Shown here: one piece after another, positions 10,455 through 20,373 of the stretch | How positions within the stretch are numbered: the stretch's first letter is position 1 | Layout of the letters: every line of letters starts with the position of its first letter | Assembly: GCA_015711755.1 (NCBI GenBank) | Contig: JACVIY010000002.1 | Location: 1-50,867, forward strand | Source of the DNA: Candidatus Geothermincola secundus | GTDB taxonomy: Bacteria > Actinomycetota > Geothermincolia > Geothermincolales > Geothermincolaceae | DNA: 50,867 bases | Direction of reading: 5' to 3' | Made by a program: the position numbers and the translations under genes | Notes under the pieces: model-generated | Databases searched by the model: none | Told to the model about the DNA's origin: nothing | The model's input: only the letters and a program-made list of their open reading frames with translations

Positions 10455-11397
10455 GCCGGCGTTCATCGGCCTGGACGCCGGCGGCACCCGCACCCGCGGC
10501 GTGCTGCTGGTGGGAAAGGGCAGGGTCACCTCTCTTGCCCGTCCCACCGACGGGCGAAGCGAGGAGTCGGTGCTGCGCGCACTCCTCGACGTCATCCGAG
10601 ACCTCCGCGAGTACGCCGGGCGGCTGGGGGTGAGCCCTCTGGGGCTGGGGGTGGGAATCGCCGGATACATCGACCACGAAAGGGGGGTGGTCACCGAATC
10701 CCCCAACCTGCCCCTGCGCGACCTGCCCCTGCGCGACCTGCTGGGCCGGGAAACCGGACTGCCGACGGTGGTGGACAACGACGCCAACTGCGCGGCCCTG
10801 GCGGAGAACCGGCTGGGGGCGGGGCGGGGCTGCCGGCATCAGGTCCATCTCACCCTGGGGACGGGCATCGGCGGGGGCATCATCATCGGCGGCGAGCTCT
10901 ACCGCGGTGCCAGCGGCTCCGCCGCCGAACTCGGGCATATCATCGTCCTCGAGGGAGGACCTCAGACCGCCTGCGGCCACGGCGGATGCCTGGAGGCGCT
11001 GGCCTCGGGCAGCGCGGTGGAGAGGGAGGCCAAGCTGCTAATGGAAGAGGGATGGATGCCTTTGGGAGTGAAGGTGAAGGGCTCCGAGCTCAATGCCGCG
11101 GACGTGGCCGCGGCGGCCCGCGCGGGAGACCCCGCGGCCCGGACCCTGTGGGAGCGCATGGGTCATTTCCTGGGGGTGGGGATGGCTTGCATCATCAACG
11201 CCCTCAACCCCGAGAGGCTGACGCTCTCGGGTGGTCTCACCGAGGCCTGGGACCTCTTCAGCGAGCCCATGATGGAAGGGGTGTCGCGCCATGCCGTGCC
11301 CTTGAGCTTTGAGGCCGTGCGCATCCTCACTTCGGAGCTCGGGGACTGGGGCGGGGCCATCGGCGCCGCCATCCTCTCCGCCGAAGCGGCGCATTGA
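10447..11397 (+). CDS. ROK family sugar kinase (glucokinase-like)
   Basis: GLDAGGT, DNDANCAALAE, LGTGIGGG, ELGHI, CGHGGCLE. Confidence 0.9.
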   Translation: MSEPAFIGLDAGGTRTRGVLLVGKGRVTSLARPTDGRSEESVLRALLDVIRDLREYAGRLGVSPLGLGVGIAGYIDHERGVVTESPNLPLRDLPLRDLLGRETGLPTVVDNDANCAALAENRLGAGRGCRHQVHLTLGTGIGGGIIIGGELYRGASGSAAELGHIIVLEGGPQTACGHGGCLEALASGSAVEREAKLLMEEGWMPLGVKVKGSELNAADVAAAARAGDPAARTLWERMGHFLGVGMACIINALNPERLTLSGGLTEAWDLFSEPMMEGVSRHAVPLSFEAVRILTSELGDWGGAIGAAILSAEAAH

Positions 11398-11513
11398 CGC
11401 CTATCTACTTTTCGCACTCACGGATAGGGTTAAATCGGTTTCAGGCGGTCTTGACTCGTCTTTCAAACACAGGAAAAGAGGACGAAGACAACACGGACAG
11501 GGTGAAGCCGGTT

Positions 11514-12341
11514 TCAGGCGGGCTTCACGGCCCTCACCCTGACGCTCTTGATCACAGGGGCCGCTTCCCTCAGGGCATGCGAAGCCATCCCCGACGGGGC
11601 CGCCGGAACGGTGCCGCAACACCCTTCATCCGAGGACGACTCCAGCGGGTAATCGCTCTCCTCCGCCACCTCGACCCTTTCGAAGCCGGCATCGCGGATG
11701 GCCTCCAGGTAATCCTCGACTTGCAAGGCGCCCGCGACGCAGGCGCACCAGGCCTCCTTGGAGGAGGCTACCTCCGGCGGCAGCGGCGCCCTCAGGGCCA
11801 TGTCGGAGACCATCAGCCTGCCGCCCGGCCTGAGCGCCCGCCATGCCTCCCTGAAGACCCGCCTCTTATCCGGTGAGAGGTTTATCACGCAGTTGGATAT
11901 GACCACATCCGCCTCTCCGTCCCGCACCGGGAGGTTCTCGATCTCCCCCAGGCGGAACTCCACGTTGGAGAACCCCCCTTCCTCGGCATTGCGGCGGGCC
12001 CGCTCCAGCATCTCGGGGGTCATGTCCACCCCGATGACCCGGCCCTGAGGGCCCACGCGGCGTGCGGCGATGAAACAATCCAGCCCCGCTCCGCATCCCA
12101 GGTCCAGCACGGTTTCGCCCTCCCGCAGGCCGGCCAGGGCCACCGGGTTGCCGCAGCCCAGTCCGAGGTCGGCCCCCGAAGGCACCGCGGCGAGATCCTC
12201 CTCGCCGTAACCGACCACCCGGCTGATCTCCGCGGGAGATCCCCCGCAGCAGGGGGAAGCGGAGCCGCAGCAAGATCCGCCGCCTTTGGCGACCTCCGCG
12301 TAACTGCCACGCACTTTCCCGCGTATCTCGTCCCCCTTCAT
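11514..12341 (-). CDS. arsM: Arsenite S-adenosylmethionine methyltransferase
   Basis: SCCG repeats, LGLGCGNP, LDLGCGAGLD, ISNCVINLSPDK, WCACVAGAL. Confidence 0.9.
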   Translation of the reverse strand: MKGDEIRGKVRGSYAEVAKGGGSCCGSASPCCGGSPAEISRVVGYGEEDLAAVPSGADLGLGCGNPVALAGLREGETVLDLGCGAGLDCFIAARRVGPQGRVIGVDMTPEMLERARRNAEEGGFSNVEFRLGEIENLPVRDGEADVVISNCVINLSPDKRRVFREAWRALRPGGRLMVSDMALRAPLPPEVASSKEAWCACVAGALQVEDYLEAIRDAGFERVEVAEESDYPLESSSDEGCCGTVPAAPSGMASHALREAAPVIKSVRVRAVKPA

Positions 12342-12658
12342 CCTCTATCCTCCTTACGCGCATGCCTGCCGGAACGACTTACCGCCATCTCCCGCGAGGA
12401 GAACAGGGGCTCCAGGCTCTCCCGCACCATCTCGGCCAGTCCCTCGGCCCTCATCAAGACCAGGCAGCAGACGTCACTGTCGCGTTCCCAGCTGACCAGG
12501 GCGAGCTTTTCGCCCGCTCTGAGGCCGATGCGGTCGCGCAGCTCCTTGGGGAGGACCATCTGACCCCGCTCGTCCACGCCGATCAGCCCCTCCAGCCTGC
12601 AAACAGTCCCTGCCTCATCACCTTTGCAGCAGGACTTGCCCTGTTTCGCGGCGGCCAT
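12338..12658 (-). CDS. AbrB/MazE/SpoVT-fold Cys-rich protein (HgcAB-associated HgcC-like)
   Basis: SCC...C-RLEGLIGVDERGQMVLPKELRDRIGLRAGEKLALVSW...VCCLVL; RBS AAAGGAGG; stop overlaps arsM start. Confidence 0.75.
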   Translation of the reverse strand: MAAAKQGKSCCKGDEAGTVCRLEGLIGVDERGQMVLPKELRDRIGLRAGEKLALVSWERDSDVCCLVLMRAEGLAEMVRESLEPLFSSREMAVSRSGRHARKEDRG

Positions 12659-12679
12659 CTTTCCTCCTTTCAATTCTAA

Positions 12680-12724
12680 TCTGATATTTCTGATAATTCT
12701 CAATATTCAGATTATCATGATGTT
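12680..12724. repeat. Five imperfect 9-bp tandem repeats, candidate operator array
   Basis: TCTGATATT TCTGATAAT TCTCAATAT TCAGATTAT CATGATGTT, spanning from the promoter to near the RBS of the AbrB-fold gene. Confidence 0.6.
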
Positions 12725-12736
12725 TGTGCATGTCAA
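12709..12736 (-). promoter_or_regulatory. Candidate sigma70-type promoter of the hgcC-like/arsM operon
   Basis: TTGACA-N16-TAATCT on minus strand. Confidence 0.6.
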
Positions 12737-12820
12737 GCGGACATCGCCATCGGAAGGCCGGCCCTATGGCGCGGATGAAGCGGAGCTTTTGCCGAGCTGA
12801 CTCGGAAAGAGCCTGCGGAC

Positions 12821-13351
12821 TCAATCGCTCCCCCGCTGCACCGCCGCATCGCGGGCCAGGCGCATGGCCTCCTCCAGCTCCTCCGCCCGCTGGGATCCGA
12901 TGAGCAGGCGGCGCCCGTCGCGCAGGACCAGCTGCAACCCGCGGTCCCCGCGCACATTGTAAGCCCTTCCGCTCCTGCCCCAGCGGATTCCCCATCCACC
13001 GAACTCCCTGATGGGGCGGTAGCGGCGTGCCCGGAACTCCGCGATGTCCTGCCAGAGGAATACTCGGGGGCGTCGGTGGAAGGGGGCGAAACGCACGTAC
13101 AGGCCGTCCCGGCGCACCTCCACGACAAGCTCCATGGTGAGGAAGAGGAGGGGCACCCCCATCCCGACCAGGACCCAGGTGAAAGCGAGCAAGGCGTCAT
13201 CCACCGTCCCGGCTCCTTGCGGGCGGTGGAAAACGAACCGGGACAGGGCCATGGCCCAGATCCCCAGCGCCATCAGCGACACCAGCACCGCTATCCACCT
13301 CTGGGTGAAACGCTGGGTCTCGCTGAACGCGACCCCGCCGCCTTCTTGCAT
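12821..13351 (-). CDS. Membrane protein, DUF6141-like
   Basis: FSETQRF, two TMs, YRPIREFGGWGIRW, AYNVRGDRGLQL, LLIGSQR. Confidence 0.7.
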   Translation of the reverse strand: MQEGGGVAFSETQRFTQRWIAVLVSLMALGIWAMALSRFVFHRPQGAGTVDDALLAFTWVLVGMGVPLLFLTMELVVEVRRDGLYVRFAPFHRRPRVFLWQDIAEFRARRYRPIREFGGWGIRWGRSGRAYNVRGDRGLQLVLRDGRRLLIGSQRAEELEEAMRLARDAAVQRGSD

Positions 13352-13581
13352 GAGCACCTTCTCAGCCAACCTCTCCGAGCGCCGCATCGCCTCAACTGTC
13401 ATTATGCCATAGGGGACATGGCCTCGCTGCCCGGAGGATAGGACCGGTCGCATTACTCCTCGAGCATGGCCCCGACGGTCTTGGGGCATCCATGGGCATG
13501 AGCGAGATCATGCCCGCCTGCCGGCAAGCGGATAGAATGCTATAGCGTAATAACGGAGCGGGCTCCCGGCCGGGCGCCCCT

Positions 13582-14754
13582 ATGGTGGTGAAGGAGGGCC
13601 GTTTGCTCAAATACATCGTACGCAACATGTGGAGGCGCAAGGCGCGCACCTTTTTGACCGTCTTCGGGATCGTGGTGGGCATCTTCGCCCTAACCGTGCT
13701 GGGCGGGCTGTCGGCCCGTCTTACCCAGCAGGTCAACGGGGCCCGCTCCTGGTTCACCAGCAAGATATCGGTGGTGCCGGAGGGCTCTTCCCTCTTCGGG
13801 GGCGGCGAAGGTTACCTGCCCCTTTCCAAGGTCGCGGAGATCGAGGAGGTCCCCGGGGTGAAGAGCGCGGTGGCCGGGTTCGGGTTAACCCTCACCAACG
13901 AGAGTTCGGGCTTCGGATCGCCCGAGCTCATCGTGGGCGCCGACCTCACCAGATCAAGCGACCTCCTCAATCTGGTGGACATAGGGCGGGGGCGCATCCT
14001 GGAGGAGGGCGACCGGGGCAAGGTGGTGCTGGGCTCCGTCCTGGCGGAGAAGTTCTCGGCCGGGCCGGGCGACATCGTGGATCTCAGGGGTCGCGCCTTC
14101 GAGGTGGTGGGCGTTTACCGGCCCACCCTCTCCGCGGTGGACGGCTTCGCCTTCATATCCTACGAGGAAGCGCTGGACCTCTTCCGCGCCGCTAACCCTT
14201 ATTTCCAGGTAGAGGACATCGCCGCCACCATAGACGTCTTGCCGCAGCCGGGGGTGGACATGGAGGAGCTGGCGGAGAGGATACGCGGCGAGGTGCAGGG
14301 GGTCAGGGTCATATCGCCCCGCGAGGCGGAGAAGCAGATAGGCCAGTTCAGCCTGATCTTCAACGCCATCCTGCTGGGCATCGCCTTCATCGCCCTGGTG
14401 GTGGGCGGGCTCTCCATCATCAACACTATGGTCATGTCGGTCTCGGAACGGGTGAGGGAGATCGGACTGAAGAAGGCCATCGGCGCGGAAACACGCTCGG
14501 TGCTCTCCGAATACCTGCTGGAATCGTCGCTCATCGGCCTCTCGGGGGGGACGGTGGGGACGGCTCTGGGCGTAGTGGCCATCGTGCTGCTCAACCGGGC
14601 CACCGCCTCCAGCAACGTAAGCGTGTTCGCCGTCACCCCGACGGTGGTGGCGGGTCCGGTGCTCTTCGCGGTGGTCCTGGGGACCCTGGCCGGGGTCTTC
14701 CCGGCGCTGCGGGCGGCCCGTCTCAAGCCGGTCGAGGCGCTCCGGGAGGATTGA
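13582..14754 (+). CDS. MacB/FtsX-family ABC permease
   Basis: RNMWRRKARTFLT, INTMVMSVSERVREIGLKKAIGA, PALRAARLKPVEALR. Confidence 0.9.
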   Translation: MVVKEGRLLKYIVRNMWRRKARTFLTVFGIVVGIFALTVLGGLSARLTQQVNGARSWFTSKISVVPEGSSLFGGGEGYLPLSKVAEIEEVPGVKSAVAGFGLTLTNESSGFGSPELIVGADLTRSSDLLNLVDIGRGRILEEGDRGKVVLGSVLAEKFSAGPGDIVDLRGRAFEVVGVYRPTLSAVDGFAFISYEEALDLFRAANPYFQVEDIAATIDVLPQPGVDMEELAERIRGEVQGVRVISPREAEKQIGQFSLIFNAILLGIAFIALVVGGLSIINTMVMSVSERVREIGLKKAIGAETRSVLSEYLLESSLIGLSGGTVGTALGVVAIVLLNRATASSNVSVFAVTPTVVAGPVLFAVVLGTLAGVFPALRAARLKPVEALRED

Positions 14755-15485
14755 GGGGTGATGAGCCGATGATCGAGACGCGTTCCGTGAGAAAGACATA
14801 CCGGGTGGGCGAGCAGGAGATACGGGCGGTCGACGGAATAGACCTGTCCATAGGGGCGGGGGAGTTCCTATCTATAGTGGGGCCTTCCGGTTCCGGCAAG
14901 ACCACCCTGCTGCATCTGCTGGGCTGCCTCGACGCCCCCACCTCGGGGCAGGTGCTCATTGACGGGACCGACACCTCCACCCTCACCCCCACGGAACTGA
15001 CCCGACTCCGCAGGGAGAGGATCGGCTTCGTCTTCCAGGAGTTCAACCTGCTGCCGGTGCTGGACGCGGCGGAGAACGTGGAGCTGCCCCTCCGCTACAT
15101 GAAGGTCCACCCCGCCGAGAGGCGGCGCCGCGCCCTGGAGGCGCTGGAGCAGGTGGGCCTGGCCGACCGGGCCCGCAACCGGCCCTCCCAGCTCTCCGGG
15201 GGGGAACAGCAGCGGGTGGCGATAGCCCGCGCCCTGGTCACCCGGCCCTCGCTGGTGCTGGCGGACGAGCCCACCGGCGAGCTGGACACCCGCAACACCT
15301 GCCTGGTCATCGAGCTCATGCGGGACCTCAACCGGGAGACCGGCCAGACCTTTTGCATCGTCACCCACGATCCCCTGGTGGCATCGTACACCCGCAGGGT
15401 CATCACCCTGAGGGACGGCCGCATCGCCTCCGACCTGCCCGGCGAGGAGGCCGAGCTGGCCTGCGAGGGACGTCCGGAGGTGTGA
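14751..15485 (+). CDS. LolD/MacB-like ABC ATP-binding protein
   Basis: [33 protein letters not shown]. Confidence 0.92.
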   Translation: MRGDEPMIETRSVRKTYRVGEQEIRAVDGIDLSIGAGEFLSIVGPSGSGKTTLLHLLGCLDAPTSGQVLIDGTDTSTLTPTELTRLRRERIGFVFQEFNLLPVLDAAENVELPLRYMKVHPAERRRRALEALEQVGLADRARNRPSQLSGGEQQRVAIARALVTRPSLVLADEPTGELDTRNTCLVIELMRDLNRETGQTFCIVTHDPLVASYTRRVITLRDGRIASDLPGEEAELACEGRPEV

Positions 15486-15509
15486 GGCAAGGGTTCGCGC
15501 CCGCTCTGC

Positions 15510-17888
15510 TCAGACGCATGTGCGGGAGATTATCTCCTCCTTGACCCCGTCGGGCAGGTCGTCGAAATAGGCGCAGTATCCCGCCACCCTGACCACCAGC
15601 CCGGGATGCTTCCCGGGATGGCGGCGGGCATCCTTCAGCAGTTCCGGGTCCAGCACGTTGAACTGCACCTCCATGCCCCCCGCAGCGCCGTAGGCCTCGA
15701 TGAGCGCCGCCAGCCTGGAGACTCCCTCCTCCCCCCGCAGGGTTCTCGGGTCGAAGCTGAGGTTGAGGGCGTAGCCGTTGGGCGCGAGAGGGGGAGGGAC
15801 CGAGCAGACCGAGCGGATGACGGCGGTGGGACCCTTACGGTCGCAGCCGCCTGCCGGGCTCAGGCTGGAAGCGAAGGGCTCCCCCGATCCCCTTCCGCTG
15901 GGAAGCGCCCCGGTTCGCCTGCCGAAAGCCACATGGCATGTCACCGAGTAAAAGCCGGCCACATAGGGCCCTCCCCGCTCGCTCCGGTAAGGCCGAAGGC
16001 AGCGGTTGAACATCTCGGCGGTCCACCGGGCGTAACCGTCGGGGAGGGGATGGTCGTTGCCGAACTTCGGCGCTTGCTTGAGTTCGGCCCGCAGGCGCGC
16101 GCGCTCGGGAGAGCCGCGAAAATCGCAGCGGAGCGCCTCCGCCACCTCTCCCATGCTGTGGCTCTTCCTGCGGAAGACCACCTCCTCCAGGGCGGCCAGG
16201 GAATCGGCCACATCCGCCAGTCCCACCCCCTGCACCCCGCTGGAAACGTAGCGGGCCCCTCCCTCGGTGAGGTCCCTGCCGCTCTCCGGGCAACCCTCCA
16301 CCAGGAGCGAGGAGAAGGGGGTGGGGTGATATTCGCGGTTTCCCCTCTCGATGAGCCGGAAATCCTCCATCATGCGTCCCAGCTGATACCGCACCTGGGC
16401 CTCGAATGCATCCAGCACGTCCTCCATGCTGCGGAAGGAAGCGGGGTCGGGCGTCGCTGTCCCCTCCCGGCGGCGCTTACCGAAGCGCCTGCCCCTGTTG
16501 AGCGCCAGTTCCAGACAGACGGGCAGGTTGAAGAGCCCGGCATCGGTGGAGAAGAAGCTCTTGCCGGGCAGCGACAGCTCCACGCATCCCACGATGCCGT
16601 AATCTCTCGCTTCTTCCAGCGGGTAACCCGATGAGGTGAGCGCCTCCACCGCCGCCTCGTCGCAATAGACCGCGGGCATGCCCTTCCCCTCCTGGGCCAC
16701 CTCGGCCACCCTCTCCAGGTAGCGGCGGGGAGAGCCGGCATGCACCCTCGCCTGGAAATTGGGGTCGCGCAGGCCGTATCCCTCCATGGCCTCGAGGAAG
16801 AGCATGGTCAGGTCGTTGACCGCGTCCCCGCCATCGCGGTCCATCCCCCCGATGGTAACCGCCTGGACCACCAGGTAACCGCCGTGGTATTCGCTTATGC
16901 GCTGCGAGAGCAGGAAGACGTGCTCCACCGCCTTGGCGGAGAAGCAGCGCAGTAGCTCCAGGGCCCGCTGTCGGGTGATGCGGCCCTCCTCGAGATCCCT
17001 GCGGTAATAAGGGTAGAGGTACTGGTCGGCGCGCCCGAAGGACACCGCGGAGTTGAGCCCCTCCAGTATGACCGCCAGGTGGGTGAGCCACAGCGACTGC
17101 AGGGCCTCATGGAAGGTGCGCGCCGGGCCGGCGGGGACTCGGCGGAGGATGCCCGCCATCTCCTCCAGTTCCTCCCTTCGCCGGCGATCCCTTTCCGCCC
17201 GGGCCTGCCTCTCCGCCTCCCGCGCCAGCCGCTCCGCGTAGGAGACGAGGCCCTCGAGGGCGATGCGGGCAGCGGCGTGAAAGGGGCCGTCCATCCCCTC
17301 GATCCTCTCGAGGAATCCCTCCGCCCCCAGGCGCAGCATCTCCGGATAACCCGGGATGAAGTGGCCGATGCCTCCCGCCTCGTTGATGAGATAGTAGGTG
17401 GGGTCGAGCTGTTCCCTCACGTATCCTGCCAGGCGACCGCTGCCGGCCAGGGCGCGCCAGGGCAGGTTGCGTCGGGCCCAGTAAGGGAAGACCCGAAAGA
17501 CAAGGTCGGCCCGCTCCCGCAGGGAAATCTCCAAAGGGGTCACCTTGCGCCGGCCTATCCAGAGAAGGTCCTCGCTCATCCACAGGGAGGCGAGCTCCGG
17601 CTGCAGCAGGGCGGAGACGCGGTGCGAGCCGGGGTTGCCCGCTATGAGCTCGTCCGGCCAGATGCGGGCGGACTTGTTGCAGAGAAGGTGGCGCAGGGCG
17701 CGGGCCCTGCGCAACGCCATGGGCGCTTCGGGTTCATCGTGGTGCCGGAAATAATCGGTGATAAGCGCGGCGCGTTCGGTGTCGAGGCAGACCGGCTCCC
17801 GTAGGAGCGCTTCCCTGATGCGGGAGAAGCGGTCGGAGCCGCGCTCTCCCTCAGTGACCCTCATGACCGAAGCCGTCTCCCGGGTCAT
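15510..17888 (-). CDS. Glycyl-radical enzyme of unknown substrate (PFL2/dehydratase-like)
   Basis: Cys loop IVGCVE, Gly loop [23 protein letters not shown]; start probably ATG 17888. Confidence 0.88.
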   Translation of the reverse strand: MTRETASVMRVTEGERGSDRFSRIREALLREPVCLDTERAALITDYFRHHDEPEAPMALRRARALRHLLCNKSARIWPDELIAGNPGSHRVSALLQPELASLWMSEDLLWIGRRKVTPLEISLRERADLVFRVFPYWARRNLPWRALAGSGRLAGYVREQLDPTYYLINEAGGIGHFIPGYPEMLRLGAEGFLERIEGMDGPFHAAARIALEGLVSYAERLAREAERQARAERDRRRREELEEMAGILRRVPAGPARTFHEALQSLWLTHLAVILEGLNSAVSFGRADQYLYPYYRRDLEEGRITRQRALELLRCFSAKAVEHVFLLSQRISEYHGGYLVVQAVTIGGMDRDGGDAVNDLTMLFLEAMEGYGLRDPNFQARVHAGSPRRYLERVAEVAQEGKGMPAVYCDEAAVEALTSSGYPLEEARDYGIVGCVELSLPGKSFFSTDAGLFNLPVCLELALNRGRRFGKRRREGTATPDPASFRSMEDVLDAFEAQVRYQLGRMMEDFRLIERGNREYHPTPFSSLLVEGCPESGRDLTEGGARYVSSGVQGVGLADVADSLAALEEVVFRRKSHSMGEVAEALRCDFRGSPERARLRAELKQAPKFGNDHPLPDGYARWTAEMFNRCLRPYRSERGGPYVAGFYSVTCHVAFGRRTGALPSGRGSGEPFASSLSPAGGCDRKGPTAVIRSVCSVPPPLAPNGYALNLSFDPRTLRGEEGVSRLAALIEAYGAAGGMEVQFNVLDPELLKDARRHPGKHPGLVVRVAGYCAYFDDLPDGVKEEIISRTCV

Positions 17889-18165
17889 CCTCTCCACCAC
17901 CTCTCGGCGTACCGCCCACCTCAGCACCAGCGGCTCTTTCGCGCAAACGCAGCAGTAGGCCACGGGCTCCCTCCAGCTCCTCCGGCGGCACCAGCACCCT
18001 GCTCAGGCCCACGCTGCCGAAATAGGGGCGGGGGACATCGGTTAGCTCGTAAGGGTGGAAGCCCTCCTCCTCGAGGATTCCCCTCACCAGCTCGGCCTCC
18101 ATGTACTCCCCGGTGAAGACCACCGGGAGTTCCCTGCCGCGCCGCAGGCAATCGAGCCAGCCCAT
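17851..18165 (-). CDS. DUF2007-like small protein
   Basis: MEAELVRGILEEEG...RVLVPPEELEGARGLL pattern. Confidence 0.6.
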   Translation of the reverse strand: MGWLDCLRRGRELPVVFTGEYMEAELVRGILEEEGFHPYELTDVPRPYFGSVGLSRVLVPPEELEGARGLLLRLRERAAGAEVGGTPRGGGEDDPGDGFGHEGH

Positions 18166-18306
18166 ACGTCAATAATCCCTCATGCGCCCGTGGATGTCCA
18201 CGACATATGCCGGACGAACGGCATCCCGTCGCTTTGAGGGAAAGCCTCTGTGGTATATTCATCACGGGACCATCGCCGACTCGCGTGACTGAAGGAGGCA
18301 TCGAAC

Positions 18307-18678
18307 ATGAACGGCAGTGGCGGGAGTAAGCGCAGGGAAAGGTCGGTGAAGGTGGCGGGGATCCCCGTCCTCAGCGCCGGCGAGGGTTTCCGCTGGGGCC
18401 TGGTGGCGGCCGGGGAGACATCGGTGGGGCTGGTGGCCTCGGGCAATATCGCGGTGGGGCTGGTGGCCTCGGGAGCCCTCGCGGTGGGGCTGGTCACGAC
18501 GGGAGCCCTGAGCGTGGGGCTCATCAGCGCGGCGGGCGCCGTGGCCGTGGGGCGGAAGGCGGTGGGGGCCATCGCCATCGGCCGCGAGACCAAAGGGGCC
18601 ATCGCCATCGGCCGCCGAGCGGAAGGGGGCCTCGCCCTGGGGCTGGGCGGAAAGGGGGCGGAGGCGGATGCTGGATAA
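18307..18678 (+). CDS. Small Gly/Ala/Val-rich protein with 10-aa repeats
   Basis: RBS AAGGAGG; repeats GLVASGNIAV/GLVASGALAV/GLVTTGALSV/GRKAVGAIAI/GRETKGAIAI. Confidence 0.65.
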   Translation: MNGSGGSKRRERSVKVAGIPVLSAGEGFRWGLVAAGETSVGLVASGNIAVGLVASGALAVGLVTTGALSVGLISAAGAVAVGRKAVGAIAIGRETKGAIAIGRRAEGGLALGLGGKGAEADAG

Positions 18679-19123
18679 GGTACTCCTGTGCACCGACGGC
18701 TCCGAGGCGGCCGGCAGAGCCGTGGAGTTCGCGTCCCGCCTCCTGGCGGGGAGCCGCACCACCGTGACCCTGCTCATGGCGCTGGAGCGGGAAGCCCTCT
18801 ACCCCCCGGCATCCGCCGACGGGATGCTCCTTCCCGAGATGGTCCTGCCGCCACCCGCCGAGCTGGAAGAGGCGCTGGAGAACAGGGCCCGCGGCATCCT
18901 GGACAAGGCGGCGGCGACCCTTCGCGGCGAAGGGGTCTCCGTGGAGACCTCCATCGCCTGGGGCTCGGCAGCGCGCGAGATCATCAGGGAGGCCGGCGAG
19001 GGCTCCTACGACCTGATCATCCTGGGCCGCCACGGCCATGGGGTCCTGAGGGGATTCCTCATCGGATCGGTGAGCGACCGGGTGGTCCGCCACTCACCCT
19101 GCCCGGTGCTGGTGGTCCACTGA
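18668..19123 (+). CDS. Universal stress protein (UspA family)
   Basis: KVLLCTDGS, DLIILGRHG...LIGSVSDRVVRHSPCPVLVV. Confidence 0.93.
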   Translation: MLDKVLLCTDGSEAAGRAVEFASRLLAGSRTTVTLLMALEREALYPPASADGMLLPEMVLPPPAELEEALENRARGILDKAAATLRGEGVSVETSIAWGSAAREIIREAGEGSYDLIILGRHGHGVLRGFLIGSVSDRVVRHSPCPVLVVH

Positions 19124-19145
19124 AGGGCGCTCTCGCGGAGGGGCC

Positions 19146-19433
19146 CTAAAGCTCCCCCTCTATCTCCTCGACCTCCTTGCGCCCCGCCTCCAGCTCCTGG
19201 CCCTGCTCATCGTCCAGCCTGAGCAGCAGGGCCTGGAACTCGCCCATATGGGTCTTCTCCTCCCTGGCGATGTCCAGGAAGACCGCTCTTATCAGAGGGT
19301 TGTCGGTCATGGACGCCAGCTGCTCGTACAGGCTAACCGCGTCCAGCTCGGCGATCATGCCCACCCGCACCAGCTCGCGGTCGAGTTGCTCGCCGCTCAG
19401 CCTGTCCAGGTCGAAGGGTATCTCCGAGAGCAT
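19146..19433 (-). CDS. Ferritin-like/rubrerythrin-family half-bundle protein
   Basis: IAELDAVSLYEQ...DIAREEKTHMGEF. Confidence 0.8.
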   Translation of the reverse strand: MLSEIPFDLDRLSGEQLDRELVRVGMIAELDAVSLYEQLASMTDNPLIRAVFLDIAREEKTHMGEFQALLLRLDDEQGQELEAGRKEVEEIEGEL

Positions 19434-19582
19434 CTCTACCTCCCCATATCCTTTTCCGGTTTCCCGCGAAAACGTTATTCCCGGCACTCCCGCTCCTTAA
19501 ACAACGTACCCGACCATCGCTCTCGCTCGCGCCTATTGACGTGTGTCATCGCGAACTGCCCTCCGTATGCCGTTAACTCGAG

Positions 19583-20233
19583 TTGATGGACAAGAGGAAG
19601 TTCACCATGGCCCTGGCGGCGGTCCTCCTGCTCGCTTTGGCATACCTTGCCTGGGCCAGGCAGAGAGGAAGTGACACTCCCGTCGTCACCGCTCAGTCTG
19701 AGAGCGGGGAGACGGTGGAGGTCACCCCGGTGGAGAGGATGAGGGTGCGCACGGCGGAGGACGCCCCGCCGCTGGACGCGGCCACCTGGAGGCTGGAGGT
19801 TTACGGACTGGTGGAGAGGGAACTGACGCTCACCATGCGGGATATGCTCGCCCTTCCCGCGGAGGAGCGGCTGGTCGAGCTGCCCTGTGTGGAGGGCTGG
19901 AGCGAGACGGCTCTCTGGAAGGGGGCGCGCCTCTCCCTGCTGCTGGAGCGGGCCCGCCCCCTCCCGGAAGCGGAAACGGTGGTGTTCATCTCGCCGGGCG
20001 GCTACACCACCTCCCTGACCCTCGAGGACATAAGGGAGACCGACCCCCTGCTGGCCTGGCAAGTCAACGGGGAGCCATTGCCGCAAGAGCAGGGATTCCC
20101 CCTGCGGCTGGTGGTCCCCCACCGCCTGGGGTACAAGTGGATAAAATGGGTCACCGGGATACGGCTGATCGAGGGTGATTACGAGGGATACTGGGAGAGC
20201 TACGGCTACTCCAACGAGGCCAGGGCCGATTAG
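19583..20233 (+). CDS. Membrane-anchored molybdopterin oxidoreductase (sulfite oxidase/MsrP-like)
   Basis: WRLEVYGLV, LPCVEGWS, GFPLRLVVP, GYKWIKWV, GYWE. Confidence 0.85.
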   Translation: MMDKRKFTMALAAVLLLALAYLAWARQRGSDTPVVTAQSESGETVEVTPVERMRVRTAEDAPPLDAATWRLEVYGLVERELTLTMRDMLALPAEERLVELPCVEGWSETALWKGARLSLLLERARPLPEAETVVFISPGGYTTSLTLEDIRETDPLLAWQVNGEPLPQEQGFPLRLVVPHRLGYKWIKWVTGIRLIEGDYEGYWESYGYSNEARAD

Positions 20234-20373
20234 GCCGCCTCAGCGCAGTAGCCCGTCATGCTGATGGAGGCAACCATCCATATCCCGCACCTTTTAAAAT
20301 GTCAATGGGTGGCATCCCGGACCTCTCGAGACCTCATCATCTCACGCCTTTACATGAGATCGGATCTGTGGGC

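Noticed and set aside
12338-12658. Mercury methylation locus
   Set aside because: No hgcA (cap-helix motif) or hgcB ferredoxin gene in the window
15510-17888. Pyruvate formate-lyase call for the first GRE
   Set aside because: It has a single-Cys GCVE loop, not the adjacent CC pair of PFL
18395-18650. CRISPR-like periodic repeats
   Set aside because: In-frame 30-bp coding repeats without unique spacers, and no cas genes
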